A program made the translations under genes and the position numbers. The notes under the pieces are model-generated. The model did not search any database. It was not told the origin of the DNA and saw only the letters and a program-made list of their open reading frames with translations. This document shows positions 1-9,855 of a stretch of DNA of 64,000 nt, piece by piece (within the stretch, counting starts at the first letter, position 1; every line of letters starts with the position of its first letter). Location: assembly GCA_050179755.1 (NCBI GenBank), contig JBFXEV010000001.1:1061940-1125939 (forward strand), written 5' to 3'. The DNA comes from Candidatus Babeliales bacterium (GTDB lineage: Bacteria; Babelota; Babeliae; Babelales; JBFXEV01).

Positions 1-735
1 GATTTAAATTCATTATTATTTGCTTTTTATTGGCCTATTCTCGATGTGCTAGTCTGGGGGTTCATGGGTGCATGGATACAGAGCGCGCAGACTGACGGTT
101 TTCAAAACTATCAAGCGGTTGCATTGCTTGGCATATTGCTTTGGCAAACGGCATCGCGTGGAGCTAACGTTATTGGTATTGCCTTTATGGAAGAGTTATG
201 GTCGGCAAACGTGGTGAATTTATTTTCACTGCCCATACGCATTAGGGAATGGATTATGGGAGTAATTCTGTATACTATGATCATGATGCTCATGACCACG
301 CTGTTTTCTATGGTTCTTATTTATCTATTGTATACTGTTTCAGTGCTGCAAGTCCTCAAAACATTTCTTATTTTTTTTCTTCCCATGTTTTTTTGTGGTA
401 TTTGGCTTGGGTTTACTATTTTGCAGCTTTTGGTGCTTTTGGGTAAACGTGGCATGGAACTTGCCTTTGTGATTGCTTGGTTTTTACTGCCATTTAGTGG
501 AGCGTTTTACCCTATTGATGTGTTGCCCTACTGGCTGCAAGTGGTGAGTAATGTATTCCCTATGAACTATGTGTTTGAAGGAATGCGTGGTTATTTGATG
601 CATCAACAAGATCCGACGCTCTATCTCATTAAAGGCTTTGTTTTAAGCGTCTTGTATGCTGCCTTTGCGATCGCTATGTTTGTGTATTGCTTTAACAGAA
701 GTAAGCAAAAAGGGCTTGCTCGATTAGTGGATTGA
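1..735 (+). CDS. ABC-2 type transporter permease (5' end outside window)
   Basis: Frame 1 is open from nt 1 with no stop before the listed GTG at 46. The protein is multi-helix and hydrophobic, typical of ABC-2 exporter permeases. Confidence 0.55.
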   Translation, partial: DLNSLLFAFYWPILDVLVWGFMGAWIQSAQTDGFQNYQAVALLGILLWQTASRGANVIGIAFMEELWSANVVNLFSLPIRIREWIMGVILYTMIMMLMTTLFSMVLIYLLYTVSVLQVLKTFLIFFLPMFFCGIWLGFTILQLLVLLGKRGMELAFVIAWFLLPFSGAFYPIDVLPYWLQVVSNVFPMNYVFEGMRGYLMHQQDPTLYLIKGFVLSVLYAAFAIAMFVYCFNRSKQKGLARLVD

Positions 736-821
736 GCGTGGAGAAATGCTCACCTGCCAGGCTATTTACTCTATTGAAAACTTAGAATGCATAATGGACA
801 TGTTGCTTTAGAGAATTAACG

Positions 822-1463
822 ATGCGCAAAGTTTTTTGGGATAACCCCTATCAACATACTCTTGTTACCAAAGTTGTCTCTGTAGATCGCGATATACTAC
901 TTTTTGAGTCAACGATTGCTTATTCTTTTGCTGGTGGACAGGAAAGTGATAAGGCTTTTGTTAATGGGATTTCTGTCTTAGATTCCAAAAGTGAGGGTAA
1001 TCTCATTTACTATACTTTACCTGACGGTCATGAACTTAGAGTGGGCGATGAAGTTACCATGATAATTGATTGGCCACGTAGGCATAAACTGATGCGATTA
1101 CATTTTGCGGCAGAACTAATTTTGGAAATAGTAACGCAAAAATATGGGCTAGAAAAAGTTGGTGCTCATATTGCAGAAACTAAATCTCGCATTGATTTTA
1201 TCTCAGATACTAATATTTCTACACTATTTGATGCAATATTAAGCGAATATAGTCACATAATTAGAAGTAATCTCCCTATAGAAAAAGGGTATTCAGATGT
1301 CCTGAATCAAAGGAGGTATTGGAAGATTGACAATTTTGCTCAGGTGCCTTGTGGTGGTACGCATGTTGACACAACAGGTGAAGTTGGATTTGTAACCTTA
1401 AAAAGGGACCGTCCGGGTAAATCAATTGAAAGAATTGAAATTAGGTTAGTTGATTCATACTAG
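822..1463 (+). CDS. AlaX-like alanyl/threonyl-tRNA synthetase editing-domain (tRNA_SAD) protein
   Basis: 213 aa with a C-terminal CGGTHV (CxxxH) motif and an upstream LHFAAEL region at the position of the HxxxH motif of AlaRS-type editing domains. Confidence 0.55.
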   Translation: MRKVFWDNPYQHTLVTKVVSVDRDILLFESTIAYSFAGGQESDKAFVNGISVLDSKSEGNLIYYTLPDGHELRVGDEVTMIIDWPRRHKLMRLHFAAELILEIVTQKYGLEKVGAHIAETKSRIDFISDTNISTLFDAILSEYSHIIRSNLPIEKGYSDVLNQRRYWKIDNFAQVPCGGTHVDTTGEVGFVTLKRDRPGKSIERIEIRLVDSY

Positions 1464-1710
1464 TTGTTGTAGCACTTATTTTTCTGGTGAAGTTGTATGG
1501 AAGATAGCATTTTGATTATACATTAGAACCCAACGATTACATGATGTTCGTGTTCTTTGCGAATGCTGTGGCATACCTGTTTTTTGGCTTTTAACGCCAC
1601 CCTTAGATCATAGACTAAGTCGTAATTGGATATTTGCGGGTATAATCGGGTATAATCGGATACATAGTTATACGCTTGGTAATCGCAACTATTTGTAAAG
1701 ATAATAAAAA

Positions 1711-2142
1711 ATGTTAGCAAAAACCGTAGCAAAAATTCTTATTTTTTATCTTAAAGATGAAAAGCCGCTCCTTTTGGTTCTTACGCGTTCTGCAAGTTCC
1801 TCTGCACCAGGTCTTGGTGATTTGCCTGGTGGTAAAATTGAAGATCATGAATCGATAGAAGAGGGTGCAAAAAGGGAAGTGATTGAGGAAACAGGCCTAT
1901 GTTTGCAGGAACTGCACTCTATTTGTTCTTACACTATGCCGCATCCTTCTGGCATTGATAAAATTGAACATTTATTTTGTGCCATTAGTGATATAAAAGA
2001 TATCAGGCTTAATCCAGATGAGCATAGTGAGTATGATTGGATTACGCTTGATTACTTATCAGCAAGCAAAATACATCCGGTAACACTTGGTGCAATTAAA
2101 GATCAGATCTCATCTATTGAGGACATGTTGCTTAAAAATTAA
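1711..2142 (+). CDS. NUDIX hydrolase
   Basis: Nudix box GGKIEDHESIEEGAKREVIEETGL (Gx5Ex7REUxEExGU). Confidence 0.8.
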   Translation: MLAKTVAKILIFYLKDEKPLLLVLTRSASSSAPGLGDLPGGKIEDHESIEEGAKREVIEETGLCLQELHSICSYTMPHPSGIDKIEHLFCAISDIKDIRLNPDEHSEYDWITLDYLSASKIHPVTLGAIKDQISSIEDMLLKN

Positions 2143-2155
2143 CTGCTTCTGTGAA

Positions 2156-2881
2156 TCATTTTAGGTGATTTGCAAGTTCGGCAAATGCTTTTGGCGCTCG
2201 TTCATGCGTAATAAAGTTATAAATCTTGTGTGCACATTGCTCTGCTGTTAATTTGGAAGTATCAACGCGCAGGTCATAGTTGTTATCAAAGTGATCATGC
2301 ACCGTTATATAATGGCTGCGCGCATGGCCTTCTACAAAGCTTCTACCGCGTGCTTTTTCACGCTCTTCTAATATTTCAATTGGGCAATCAACACCAATAA
2401 GGTATACGGTGGCGGCAGAGTGCCATGCTGCGTATAAATTGCTTATCCATGAACGTTTATATGCAATGTAATCAACAATACAATTACTGCCTTGCTGTGC
2501 ATAGGCTGCTATGGCATAATGCATGCCGTGCATTACTTTATCACCTTCGGGGCCCACGAGTAAAGTAAATAAGCGATTGCCTTGATCATCTTTCCCCACT
2601 TCGCCTTTCATAACAAGTTCGTGACTAATATCGTGGGGCAATTGTGGGCCAGTAACAAATCGTAGGGGCAATACGCCTACAAAAAAAGAATCAAGCCCCA
2701 TGCCTAAATAGGGTGTAGAAAAAAGTTTTTGTAATTCTTTTTGTATACTTGATTTGCCACTTGCTGATGCACCATTTAAAAGAATAATAATGGGTTTTGG
2801 TTGTTCAAGTTTGTTGCAGAGCACAAGCAGTGTTGTGAGAGCGCAGATGCTTAAAGCAATACTAATACTATATTTTTTCAT
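2156..2881 (-). CDS. Chloramphenicol-phosphotransferase-like P-loop kinase with N-terminal signal/anchor
   Basis: P-loop LLNGASASGKSS directly after a hydrophobic N-terminus. Size and layout resemble the CPT family. Confidence 0.5.
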   Translation of the reverse strand: MKKYSISIALSICALTTLLVLCNKLEQPKPIIILLNGASASGKSSIQKELQKLFSTPYLGMGLDSFFVGVLPLRFVTGPQLPHDISHELVMKGEVGKDDQGNRLFTLLVGPEGDKVMHGMHYAIAAYAQQGSNCIVDYIAYKRSWISNLYAAWHSAATVYLIGVDCPIEILEEREKARGRSFVEGHARSHYITVHDHFDNNYDLRVDTSKLTAEQCAHKIYNFITHERAPKAFAELANHLK

Positions 2882-3036
2882 ACTAAATAGTTGATCATTG
2901 GGTGAAATGTGGCTACCTTCTAATAATGTAACTTAGCATGTGGGAAACTGCAAATGTGATAATAAGTTACCAATCGAATATTGGTGAGTGCGCACAGGTG
3001 ATTGTTACAAAAGGCCACAATGAATTCTTTTAAAAT

Positions 3037-3092
3037 CCAGCCTACGCTGAGGTCCGCTCATGCTGAGCTTGTCGAAGGAAGGCGGACTAGAG
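3037..3092. repeat. GC-rich palindromic dispersed repeat copy
   Basis: Contains CCGCTCATGCTGAGCTTGTCGAAGGA (3054-3079), 25/26 identical to the reverse complement of 32847-32872. GTCCGC/GCGGAC arms flank it. Confidence 0.55.
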
Positions 3093-3104
3093 AGTGTCAC
3101 TAAT

Positions 3105-3866
3105 ATGTGTACGCAACAATTTTTATTAACATGTCTTCTTTTTTTAAATGAAGGTACGGGGTTTAACGTTAACCAGATAACAGAAAATTGCCGTTTGTTT
3201 AATAGTGGTAGTGCTGTAGAAACATGCAATAGAGTGTTGCATAATGGCATACCCACGTCTGCTGAAATATCGCTTATTAAAGAACAGTTTGGTAAATTGC
3301 CTTTTACGTGGGCAACTAATCCTGCGGATAAAAAGACGCATGCATTATTAGCAGCGCATGGCTTTACTTTGATTAATACGTTCCCCGCTATGTCAGTTTC
3401 TCTTACTGATTTTACGTGCTCTCCTTGTGATAATGATATTAGCATCCAAGAACTTACGCTTGCAGATCCAGAATTAATTGAATGGGCTTCAATCTTGGTG
3501 AGTTCCTTCTCTAATTTTGGGCATACCAAGCACGTGCTAAAAATGTTGCACACATTCCAAGAACAATTAGGTTCAAAGACTTATACTATTTTTCTTGCTC
3601 GCTATAATGGTGAGCCTGCAGCAGCGGGGCTTGTAGTAATTCATGGGGAGATTGCGAGCTTGCATAAAATTGGCACGCGGCCAGAATTTCGCCATAAAGG
3701 ATTGGGGTATGCAGTAACGCAAGCGCTCTTGGTACATGCAAAGAATAGAGGGTGTAAACAAGCTTTATTGATAGCATCTCCGCTTGGTAGGCCAGTATAT
3801 GAACGGTTAGGGTTTAGAGAATATGCAACATATACGTTTTATCGCTATGGTAAATTGCCTGAGTAG
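3105..3866 (+). CDS. GNAT family N-acetyltransferase (start uncertain)
   Basis: C-terminal acetyl-CoA binding region RHKGLGYAVTQALL...RLGFRE. The longest ORF starts at 3060 inside a dispersed repeat, so the ATG at 3105 is preferred. Confidence 0.6.
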   Translation: MCTQQFLLTCLLFLNEGTGFNVNQITENCRLFNSGSAVETCNRVLHNGIPTSAEISLIKEQFGKLPFTWATNPADKKTHALLAAHGFTLINTFPAMSVSLTDFTCSPCDNDISIQELTLADPELIEWASILVSSFSNFGHTKHVLKMLHTFQEQLGSKTYTIFLARYNGEPAAAGLVVIHGEIASLHKIGTRPEFRHKGLGYAVTQALLVHAKNRGCKQALLIASPLGRPVYERLGFREYATYTFYRYGKLPE

Positions 3867-3929
3867 GCACACTGTTGTAGTATTCTTGCTTTCGGAACAG
3901 TTTTTTTTTACGGAAAATGAAGGAGTTTT

Positions 3930-5114
3930 ATGATTGAATATATGGTTCGTCAAGTAATATTAGTAATAATAGTAGCGAGTCTTTTTGCAAATGTAACAGC
4001 TCAGACGTTGCTGCATTTATTTGAAGCGTTTCCTCAATTAAAAGCACAGATCCCGCACATTACGTTATGTGATTTGCCAACACCGGTTATGCAGCTTGAG
4101 AGCTTTGGTAACTACATTGGGCATGAAAATATCTATATTAAACGCGATGATCTTTCAGGCACTTATAAGGGAAATGGATTTCGGCTCAATGGTGGTAATA
4201 AACCGCGTAAATTAGAATTTCTGCTTGCTGATGCCATTGCTCATGATGCAGAAACTATTATTACTTATGGTTGTGCGGGCTCTAATCATGCTTTGGCAAC
4301 GGCAGTATATGCAAAAACATTGGGATTAAATTCCATATTGATGCTTAAGCCACAACCAAATTCATACACTGTTCGGCATAATTTGTTATTGGATTTGGCA
4401 CAAGATGCAGATATTCGTTGGTTTGCAAATAATACAACGCGCGCGGATGCTGCGCAAGAACTATTGTTTGAAGATCCGCATGCATATTTAATTCCGACCG
4501 GCGGTTCAAATGCAATTGGCGGGTTAGGGTTTGTAAATGCGGCGTTTGAGCTATATGAACAAGTTAAGCAAAATGAAGTGCCAATGCCAGACTATATATA
4601 TCTTGCAACAAGTAGCTGCGCAACCACCGCAGGGCTGCTTTTAGGATTTAAATTACTTGATATGCCTACCAAGGTGATGGCAATATGCATTGAACCAGAA
4701 GATTATCCAGGTCAGTTATTGCACACGCTTGAACAACTTTTTAAAGCGGTAAATCAAAAGTTACACGAGGCCGATGCATCAATTCCAGTGGTTGATTTTC
4801 CTCATGATCACCTGATTATTAATAAAAAATTCTGTGGCACTACGTATGGCTTATTTATTCCGGAGGGTCAAAACGCGGCGCAAGTTTTTAAAGATACAGA
4901 AAACATTCGCCTTGACGGTACGTATAGTGCAAAGCCTGTTGCAGCTATTATTGATGATGTACAAGCTGGCTTGCTCCAAGACAAAGTGGTATTATTTTGG
5001 AATACGTATTGCGGTATTGATTATTCTTATATGACGCATATGGCGCAGTTTCATGCATTGCCGCACGAGTTTCATTGCTATTTTGAAGAACCGGTGCAGC
5101 CATTTGCAAATTAA
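3930..5114 (+). CDS. PLP-dependent D-cysteine desulfhydrase / ACC deaminase family protein with signal peptide
   Basis: GGNKPRKLEFLL motif and a fold-type II PLP enzyme layout. Strong SD (GAAGGAG) upstream of the ATG. N-terminus VILVIIVASLFANVTAQ. Confidence 0.7.
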   Translation: MIEYMVRQVILVIIVASLFANVTAQTLLHLFEAFPQLKAQIPHITLCDLPTPVMQLESFGNYIGHENIYIKRDDLSGTYKGNGFRLNGGNKPRKLEFLLADAIAHDAETIITYGCAGSNHALATAVYAKTLGLNSILMLKPQPNSYTVRHNLLLDLAQDADIRWFANNTTRADAAQELLFEDPHAYLIPTGGSNAIGGLGFVNAAFELYEQVKQNEVPMPDYIYLATSSCATTAGLLLGFKLLDMPTKVMAICIEPEDYPGQLLHTLEQLFKAVNQKLHEADASIPVVDFPHDHLIINKKFCGTTYGLFIPEGQNAAQVFKDTENIRLDGTYSAKPVAAIIDDVQAGLLQDKVVLFWNTYCGIDYSYMTHMAQFHALPHEFHCYFEEPVQPFAN

Positions 5115-5210
5115 GACATTTGCTTTTTGACCATTTGCGCGCGATTTTACTCTGGAGTACTCTAACAGTAAAGAAGTAGTAAGATTAACCTTTAAAACTA
5201 AGGTGCGTCA

Positions 5211-5708
5211 ATGAAAAAGCACGTCTTTTATAATTCTATTTTTCTCTTATGTGCACTATGTATGTATGCTCATGATAGTATGTGCATGCGTAAAGTTAGC
5301 GCACAAGCAAGTGCATTGCAACGTTTACTAATGCCAAACGTTTTGCAGCGCGCGTATTCACTGCCCACCGTGCCCAAAGAAGTTGCTCCTCACATTATAG
5401 CTCTTGATGAGCAGATTAAGCAGCGTGAACAAGCGGTGAAAGCAATTAAGCGAACCAATTGGAAGGTGCGATTACAAGATATAGAATATATAAGTTACCT
5501 TCCTCTGCTCGTTGAATCTTGTTTTATTCTAAAATACGGGATTAAAGCAATGCTGCATCCTATAGGAATGACGGCACTGGCTGCAAGCTTGTTTGTTATG
5601 GCAGTAACGCCATTGACTCCTTATGATAAGCGTTTGATTGTACAACATAAAGCAGCAATTTCTGTATTGCAAGAAGAAAAAGTAGGGCTTTTCAAAAAAC
5701 ATACCTAG
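5211..5708 (+). CDS. Hypothetical membrane/secreted protein
   Basis: ORF with an N-terminal hydrophobic segment and an internal TM region. No recognisable family. Confidence 0.4.
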   Translation: MKKHVFYNSIFLLCALCMYAHDSMCMRKVSAQASALQRLLMPNVLQRAYSLPTVPKEVAPHIIALDEQIKQREQAVKAIKRTNWKVRLQDIEYISYLPLLVESCFILKYGIKAMLHPIGMTALAASLFVMAVTPLTPYDKRLIVQHKAAISVLQEEKVGLFKKHT

Positions 5709-5778
5709 CTAAATTAATTTGCCGTGCTAAAATTTGGTGATTGATTAACGTGAACTTACTACTAACAAAAGGTGTTTT

Positions 5779-6453
5779 ATGATATCATTGCAAAAACAAG
5801 CGCGTTATACAAGTATTTGGGTAGTGCTTATAAGTGGCACTTTGTATGCGCAACAAACTACTGAAATTAATCCTGTTACGTTAGAATATAAATACATGAA
5901 ATTAACACCAAAATCATTTTATTTTATTCGGCATGGGCAAACTGATTGGAACAAAATCCATCGTTTGCAAGGCCAAATTGATATTCCGTTAAACGAAGAA
6001 GGCCGCAGCCAAGCGCGCCAGCTGCAGCAACTTTTGCATAATCTGGATATTTGCCATGTTTATTATAGCCCATTATCCCGTGCGCAAGAGACCATGCACA
6101 TTGCGTGCGCGCATTTAGATATTCCTAAATTTGAGGTTGATGCGCTCAAAGAACGGCATTTTGGTGAATGGCAAGGCACAGAGTGGGATGAAGTTAAAAA
6201 GGATACGCATATGCATGTAGTGCCACAAAATGGTGAATCATATGCAGCATTTCATGAACGCGTGCTTACCACCATAAATGGGGTGCTAGAAGCTTCAGAA
6301 GGCACCGTGCTTTTTGTGGCGCATGCAGGAACATTTAGAGCCTTGTGTAGAGTTATTGATACGCATTTTGAGGCAGCAGTGCATAATTGCCAGTTATTTC
6401 ATTTTGTGGCACCAGATGCAACATGTGATCAATGGATGATTTATCAAATATAA
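5779..6453 (+). CDS. Histidine phosphatase (phosphoglycerate mutase) family protein with signal peptide
   Basis: Catalytic RHGQTDWN motif in FYFIRHGQTDWN. Paralog of 7068-7634. Confidence 0.8.
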   Translation: MISLQKQARYTSIWVVLISGTLYAQQTTEINPVTLEYKYMKLTPKSFYFIRHGQTDWNKIHRLQGQIDIPLNEEGRSQARQLQQLLHNLDICHVYYSPLSRAQETMHIACAHLDIPKFEVDALKERHFGEWQGTEWDEVKKDTHMHVVPQNGESYAAFHERVLTTINGVLEASEGTVLFVAHAGTFRALCRVIDTHFEAAVHNCQLFHFVAPDATCDQWMIYQI

Positions 6454-6468
6454 ACTTTAGGATAATTA

Positions 6469-7080
6469 GTGAAAAGATATATTTTTTTAGGCAGCATTTT
6501 ATTGTTTCAAACAATGTTTCTGCATGGTGAGAGCTGCCTGGATCAGGGGTCTAGTACTTTTGAAAGAGAAGCATCATGTGGCAAATTTATTGATGAGAAA
6601 GTAACTATGGTGGAACGGAATCTAGAAGAATTAGTGGGTGATTGGCAAACATTTTTTCAAACACATGACTGGCGCTCATTGGTTGCTGGAAGAACCGGGC
6701 TAAATCTAGGATGTGGGCTTGTATATGAATTGCCAAACTTTTTGAAGTATCCAAATGAAGATCTGGCCATTGTTGATATGACCGGTATTTCTATTTCGGA
6801 ACCACATTATCATCCTAACATGACAGAAATTTACTTTATGGTAGAAGGGTCAGGATGTGTCTATGTTGAAGGGGAAAAATATTGGCTGCAGCAAGGTGAT
6901 ACACTGGTAATTGCACCAAATAAAGCGCATTTTACCGTTCCTGATAAACAATGTGTGCTTGGCTGTGTGTGCACGCCGCCGTTTCACCCAGATAATTATA
7001 TTCCGCTTATGCAAACCAATTCAGAAGTAGGCTTTGATTTTGAACAGTTTAAAAATTTGCAAGAAAATTGCCGCACATGA
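6469..7080 (+). CDS. Cupin domain protein with signal peptide
   Basis: Cupin motifs HYHPNMTEIYFMVEGSG and GDTLVIAPNKAH. GTG start. Confidence 0.55.
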   Translation: MKRYIFLGSILLFQTMFLHGESCLDQGSSTFEREASCGKFIDEKVTMVERNLEELVGDWQTFFQTHDWRSLVAGRTGLNLGCGLVYELPNFLKYPNEDLAIVDMTGISISEPHYHPNMTEIYFMVEGSGCVYVEGEKYWLQQGDTLVIAPNKAHFTVPDKQCVLGCVCTPPFHPDNYIPLMQTNSEVGFDFEQFKNLQENCRT

Positions 7081-7634
7081 AATTAGTTCCTAAATCTTTT
7101 TATTTCATTCGCCATGGTCAAACTGATTGGAATGAAGAACAGCGTTTGCAAGGTCAGACAGATATTCCTTTAAACTTTATGGGGAAACAGCAAGCAGAAA
7201 CATTGCAGGCATTGGTTGCTACTATTCCTGTTTCTCATGTGTATTATAGCCCGCTTTCGCGTGCACAAGAAACTATGCATATTGCCTGCAAACATTTGCA
7301 TGTGCCTAAGGTGGTGTTAGAAGGGCTTAAGGAACGGCATTGTGGCGAGTGGGAAGGGGTAATACTAGATAAGGCAAAAAAAGAAACATTATTTTTCCAT
7401 CATGTTCCAGTAAAAGGTGAATCATATCAAGTTTATCATGATCGGGTGATTGGTGCTATAAATGCCGTGCTTAATGAAGCAGAAGGCCTTGTATTATTTG
7501 TAGGGCATGGTGGCAATTTTAGAGTATTATGTAAGGCAATTGAGACCAGCTTTGCTTTAGCAGGCAATTGTCAGCTTTTTTATTTTGAAGCACCAGATGA
7601 TGCAAATGATCAGTGGCGAATTTATGTGTTATGA
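7068..7634 (+). CDS. Histidine phosphatase (phosphoglycerate mutase) family protein
   Basis: FYFIRHGQTDWN motif. Clear paralog of 5779-6453. Overlaps the cupin gene stop. Confidence 0.8.
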   Translation: MPHMKLVPKSFYFIRHGQTDWNEEQRLQGQTDIPLNFMGKQQAETLQALVATIPVSHVYYSPLSRAQETMHIACKHLHVPKVVLEGLKERHCGEWEGVILDKAKKETLFFHHVPVKGESYQVYHDRVIGAINAVLNEAEGLVLFVGHGGNFRVLCKAIETSFALAGNCQLFYFEAPDDANDQWRIYVL

Positions 7635-7688
7635 CACATTGAAACGCTTGAAGATTATGCAAAGGATCGGCATTGTTGTTTGCACGCT

Positions 7689-8156
7689 TCAGTCAATGAT
7701 AGTTCCACCGTCTTTTGGTGAAGATAGCACTATATGTGTCAATGACCTCACTATCCCCAGTTTGCTTTTAAGTGAATCAGTAATAAATGATTCAAGTTCG
7801 TGAGTGTTCTTTACGCGGACTTTAAGAACATACGAGTATTCACCGGTGATATGATGGCATTCCATAATAGAAGGATTTTTTATTATTTCTTTTAAAAAAA
7901 ATTTATTATGTTGTGGCGTGTCTATAAGTACATAAATAAAGGCACACAGTGATTTTTCAATAGCAGTAGCTTGTACAAAGGCTGCTATTTTTTTTATAAT
8001 TCCCTGCGTATGCAGTTTGCGGATCCGCTCATGCGTTGCAGACGGGGAGAGGTTTATTTTCTGGGCAACTTCACTGTTGGTGAGACTTGCGTCTTCTTGC
8101 ATTGTTTCTAAAATCTTCTTGTCTATCTCGTCTATGGGCGTATTTTCTATTGACAT
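7689..8156 (-). CDS. Lrp/AsnC family transcriptional regulator
   Basis: Internal start MSIENTPIDEIDKKILETMQEDASLTNSEVAQKINLSPSATHERIRKL gives the wHTH plus RAM domain at the expected ~155 aa. The 235-aa ORF-track version is an upstream over-extension. Confidence 0.85.
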   Translation of the reverse strand: MSIENTPIDEIDKKILETMQEDASLTNSEVAQKINLSPSATHERIRKLHTQGIIKKIAAFVQATAIEKSLCAFIYVLIDTPQHNKFFLKEIIKNPSIMECHHITGEYSYVLKVRVKNTHELESFITDSLKSKLGIVRSLTHIVLSSPKDGGTIID

Positions 8157-8250
8157 TTTTTTATTTCTCCGTATAATATTCTGTATACTATGTGTTCCGT
8201 AGTAAATTATACTAAAATTAGCAGGTTTTGTCAACTTATGGAGGTTATTT

Positions 8251-8856
8251 ATGAGTTTAGTTACAGAAGGCATTGCTGTAGGCTTTTCTATTGCAGCTCC
8301 AGTGGGTGCTATTGGTTTGCTCTGTATAGAACATACCATAAATGGAGGGATTAGGCGCGGAATTGCTGCTGGATTAGGTGCTGCTACTGCTGACATGTTG
8401 TATGGTGTTTTGGTTGCACTTGGTTTTACCGCATTGCAAACAACGCTGCTTGAATATAAAGCGCCCTTAACTGTTATGGGTGGCTTATTTTTATGCTACC
8501 TTGGGATTAAGAAATTTTTCTCATCGCCAAAAAAGGCGGTGGCGCGTCCATTGAGTGGAGGGCTACTGGCAGCATTTGTGGTTACTTTTTTCTTAACGCT
8601 TACTAATCCTGCAACAATATTAGATTTTATGGCTCTTTTTACTGGTCTTAATATAAATATGTCTGGATTTATGGAATCTCTTAGTTTTGTTGCCGGTGTC
8701 TTTTTAGGATCCGCATTATGGTGGTGTATATTGTGTTTCGTTGTTAATGCGTTTAGAGTAAAAATTACTACACAAATTCTTAAGTATATTAATTATGTTG
8801 CTGGAATAGTAATTTTTGGTTTTGGCGTGTATGCCTTAAGTAAGTTATGGAATTAA
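8251..8856 (+). CDS. LysE/RhtB family amino-acid exporter
   Basis: ~200 aa with 5-6 TM helices, divergent from the Lrp-type regulator (a classic arrangement). Confidence 0.7.
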   Translation: MSLVTEGIAVGFSIAAPVGAIGLLCIEHTINGGIRRGIAAGLGAATADMLYGVLVALGFTALQTTLLEYKAPLTVMGGLFLCYLGIKKFFSSPKKAVARPLSGGLLAAFVVTFFLTLTNPATILDFMALFTGLNINMSGFMESLSFVAGVFLGSALWWCILCFVVNAFRVKITTQILKYINYVAGIVIFGFGVYALSKLWN

Positions 8857-9458
8857 ATATGATAAAATATATAATGGGATACGTAAACGTTTTTATTTTG
8901 GTAGTAACTATAAATTTATTTGCGCAACCGCACATGCAGTATGTGATTAGAAATGTTGACTATTCAGATAAAGAAAATTTAATGGCTCTTTACAAACGGG
9001 TGACTGCTTTGCCTGGTGGATTGATTCGCACGCCGTCAGAAGTTACTGACGGGTACATTGATGATCTTCTTAAGAATGGCATTAATCAAGGATTATGTTT
9101 AGTTGTTGATTGCAACGGTCTATTAATTGGTGCCATGACTAAATATAAGTTGGGTCCTCAAAATTTTGCACATGTGTTTTCCGGAGGAAGCATATTAGTG
9201 GATCCTGCGTATCAAGGAATAGGCGTGGGCACTCATTTGATCACTACATTTTTAGAACAGATTAAAGAGCAGTACCATGATATTTTACGCGTTGAAATTG
9301 TGGTGCGTGAGTCTAATCCTGCAATTTCTTTATACAAACGTCTTGGCTTTATAGAAGAGGGCAGATTAGAAAAACGATCACATACAAAAACAGGTAGTTT
9401 GGAAGCTGATATACAAATGGTTTGGTTTAATCCCAATTATAAACATAACAACGAGTAA
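8847..9458 (+). CDS. GNAT family N-acetyltransferase (hydrophobic N-terminus, start uncertain)
   Basis: QGIGVGTHLI...YKRLGFIEEG acetyl-CoA binding motif. Confidence 0.65.
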   Translation: MELNMIKYIMGYVNVFILVVTINLFAQPHMQYVIRNVDYSDKENLMALYKRVTALPGGLIRTPSEVTDGYIDDLLKNGINQGLCLVVDCNGLLIGAMTKYKLGPQNFAHVFSGGSILVDPAYQGIGVGTHLITTFLEQIKEQYHDILRVEIVVRESNPAISLYKRLGFIEEGRLEKRSHTKTGSLEADIQMVWFNPNYKHNNE

Positions 9459-9462
9459 AAAC

Positions 9463-9840
9463 ATGAAAAGAATTACCTTTTTTGCGCTCAGCATTATGAT
9501 TTTTAAAACTATGCACGTGTGCGGTATGGATCGAGAATCTATTACCAAAGTCACACCCCAAGAAATTAGTACGTTGCTTGAAAAAAAAGCATACGACTAT
9601 CAAAGAGCAATGTTTGCATCGTATACTGCTAGTGGCAAATTTCTTGATGGGCATATAAACCCAATAGAAGTGGATTATGACATTCTTCTGAAAGAGCAAG
9701 TTATTCCGCTATTGATAGCACAAAGAATACAAGGTGCAAAAGCGCAGGGAATAGCAATAGAAGAAACTGAAATTAGTAATGGAGTTACTGCGCAGGTTCA
9801 TGCACTATGGAATGCACGCAAAAAAACACGTAAACAATGA
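9463..9840 (+). CDS. Hypothetical secreted protein
   Basis: Signal-peptide-like N-terminus. No family recognised. Confidence 0.4.
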   Translation: MKRITFFALSIMIFKTMHVCGMDRESITKVTPQEISTLLEKKAYDYQRAMFASYTASGKFLDGHINPIEVDYDILLKEQVIPLLIAQRIQGAKAQGIAIEETEISNGVTAQVHALWNARKKTRKQ

Positions 9841-9855
9841 TACTTTAAGGGGTGT

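Noticed and set aside
1638-1657. Tandem GGGTATAATC x2 upstream of the first NUDIX gene
   Set aside because: This is probably just a duplicated -10 element. It is too short to interpret further.
3005-3553. 182-aa minus-strand ORF opposite the GNAT gene
   Set aside because: It has no recognisable motifs, starts within the dispersed repeat, and overlaps a plus-strand ORF with clear GNAT motifs.
8157-8396. 80-codon N-terminal extension of the Lrp/AsnC ORF
   Set aside because: The extension overlaps the divergent lysE coding region and has no Lrp similarity. The internal ATG at 8156 gives a canonical 155-aa protein.
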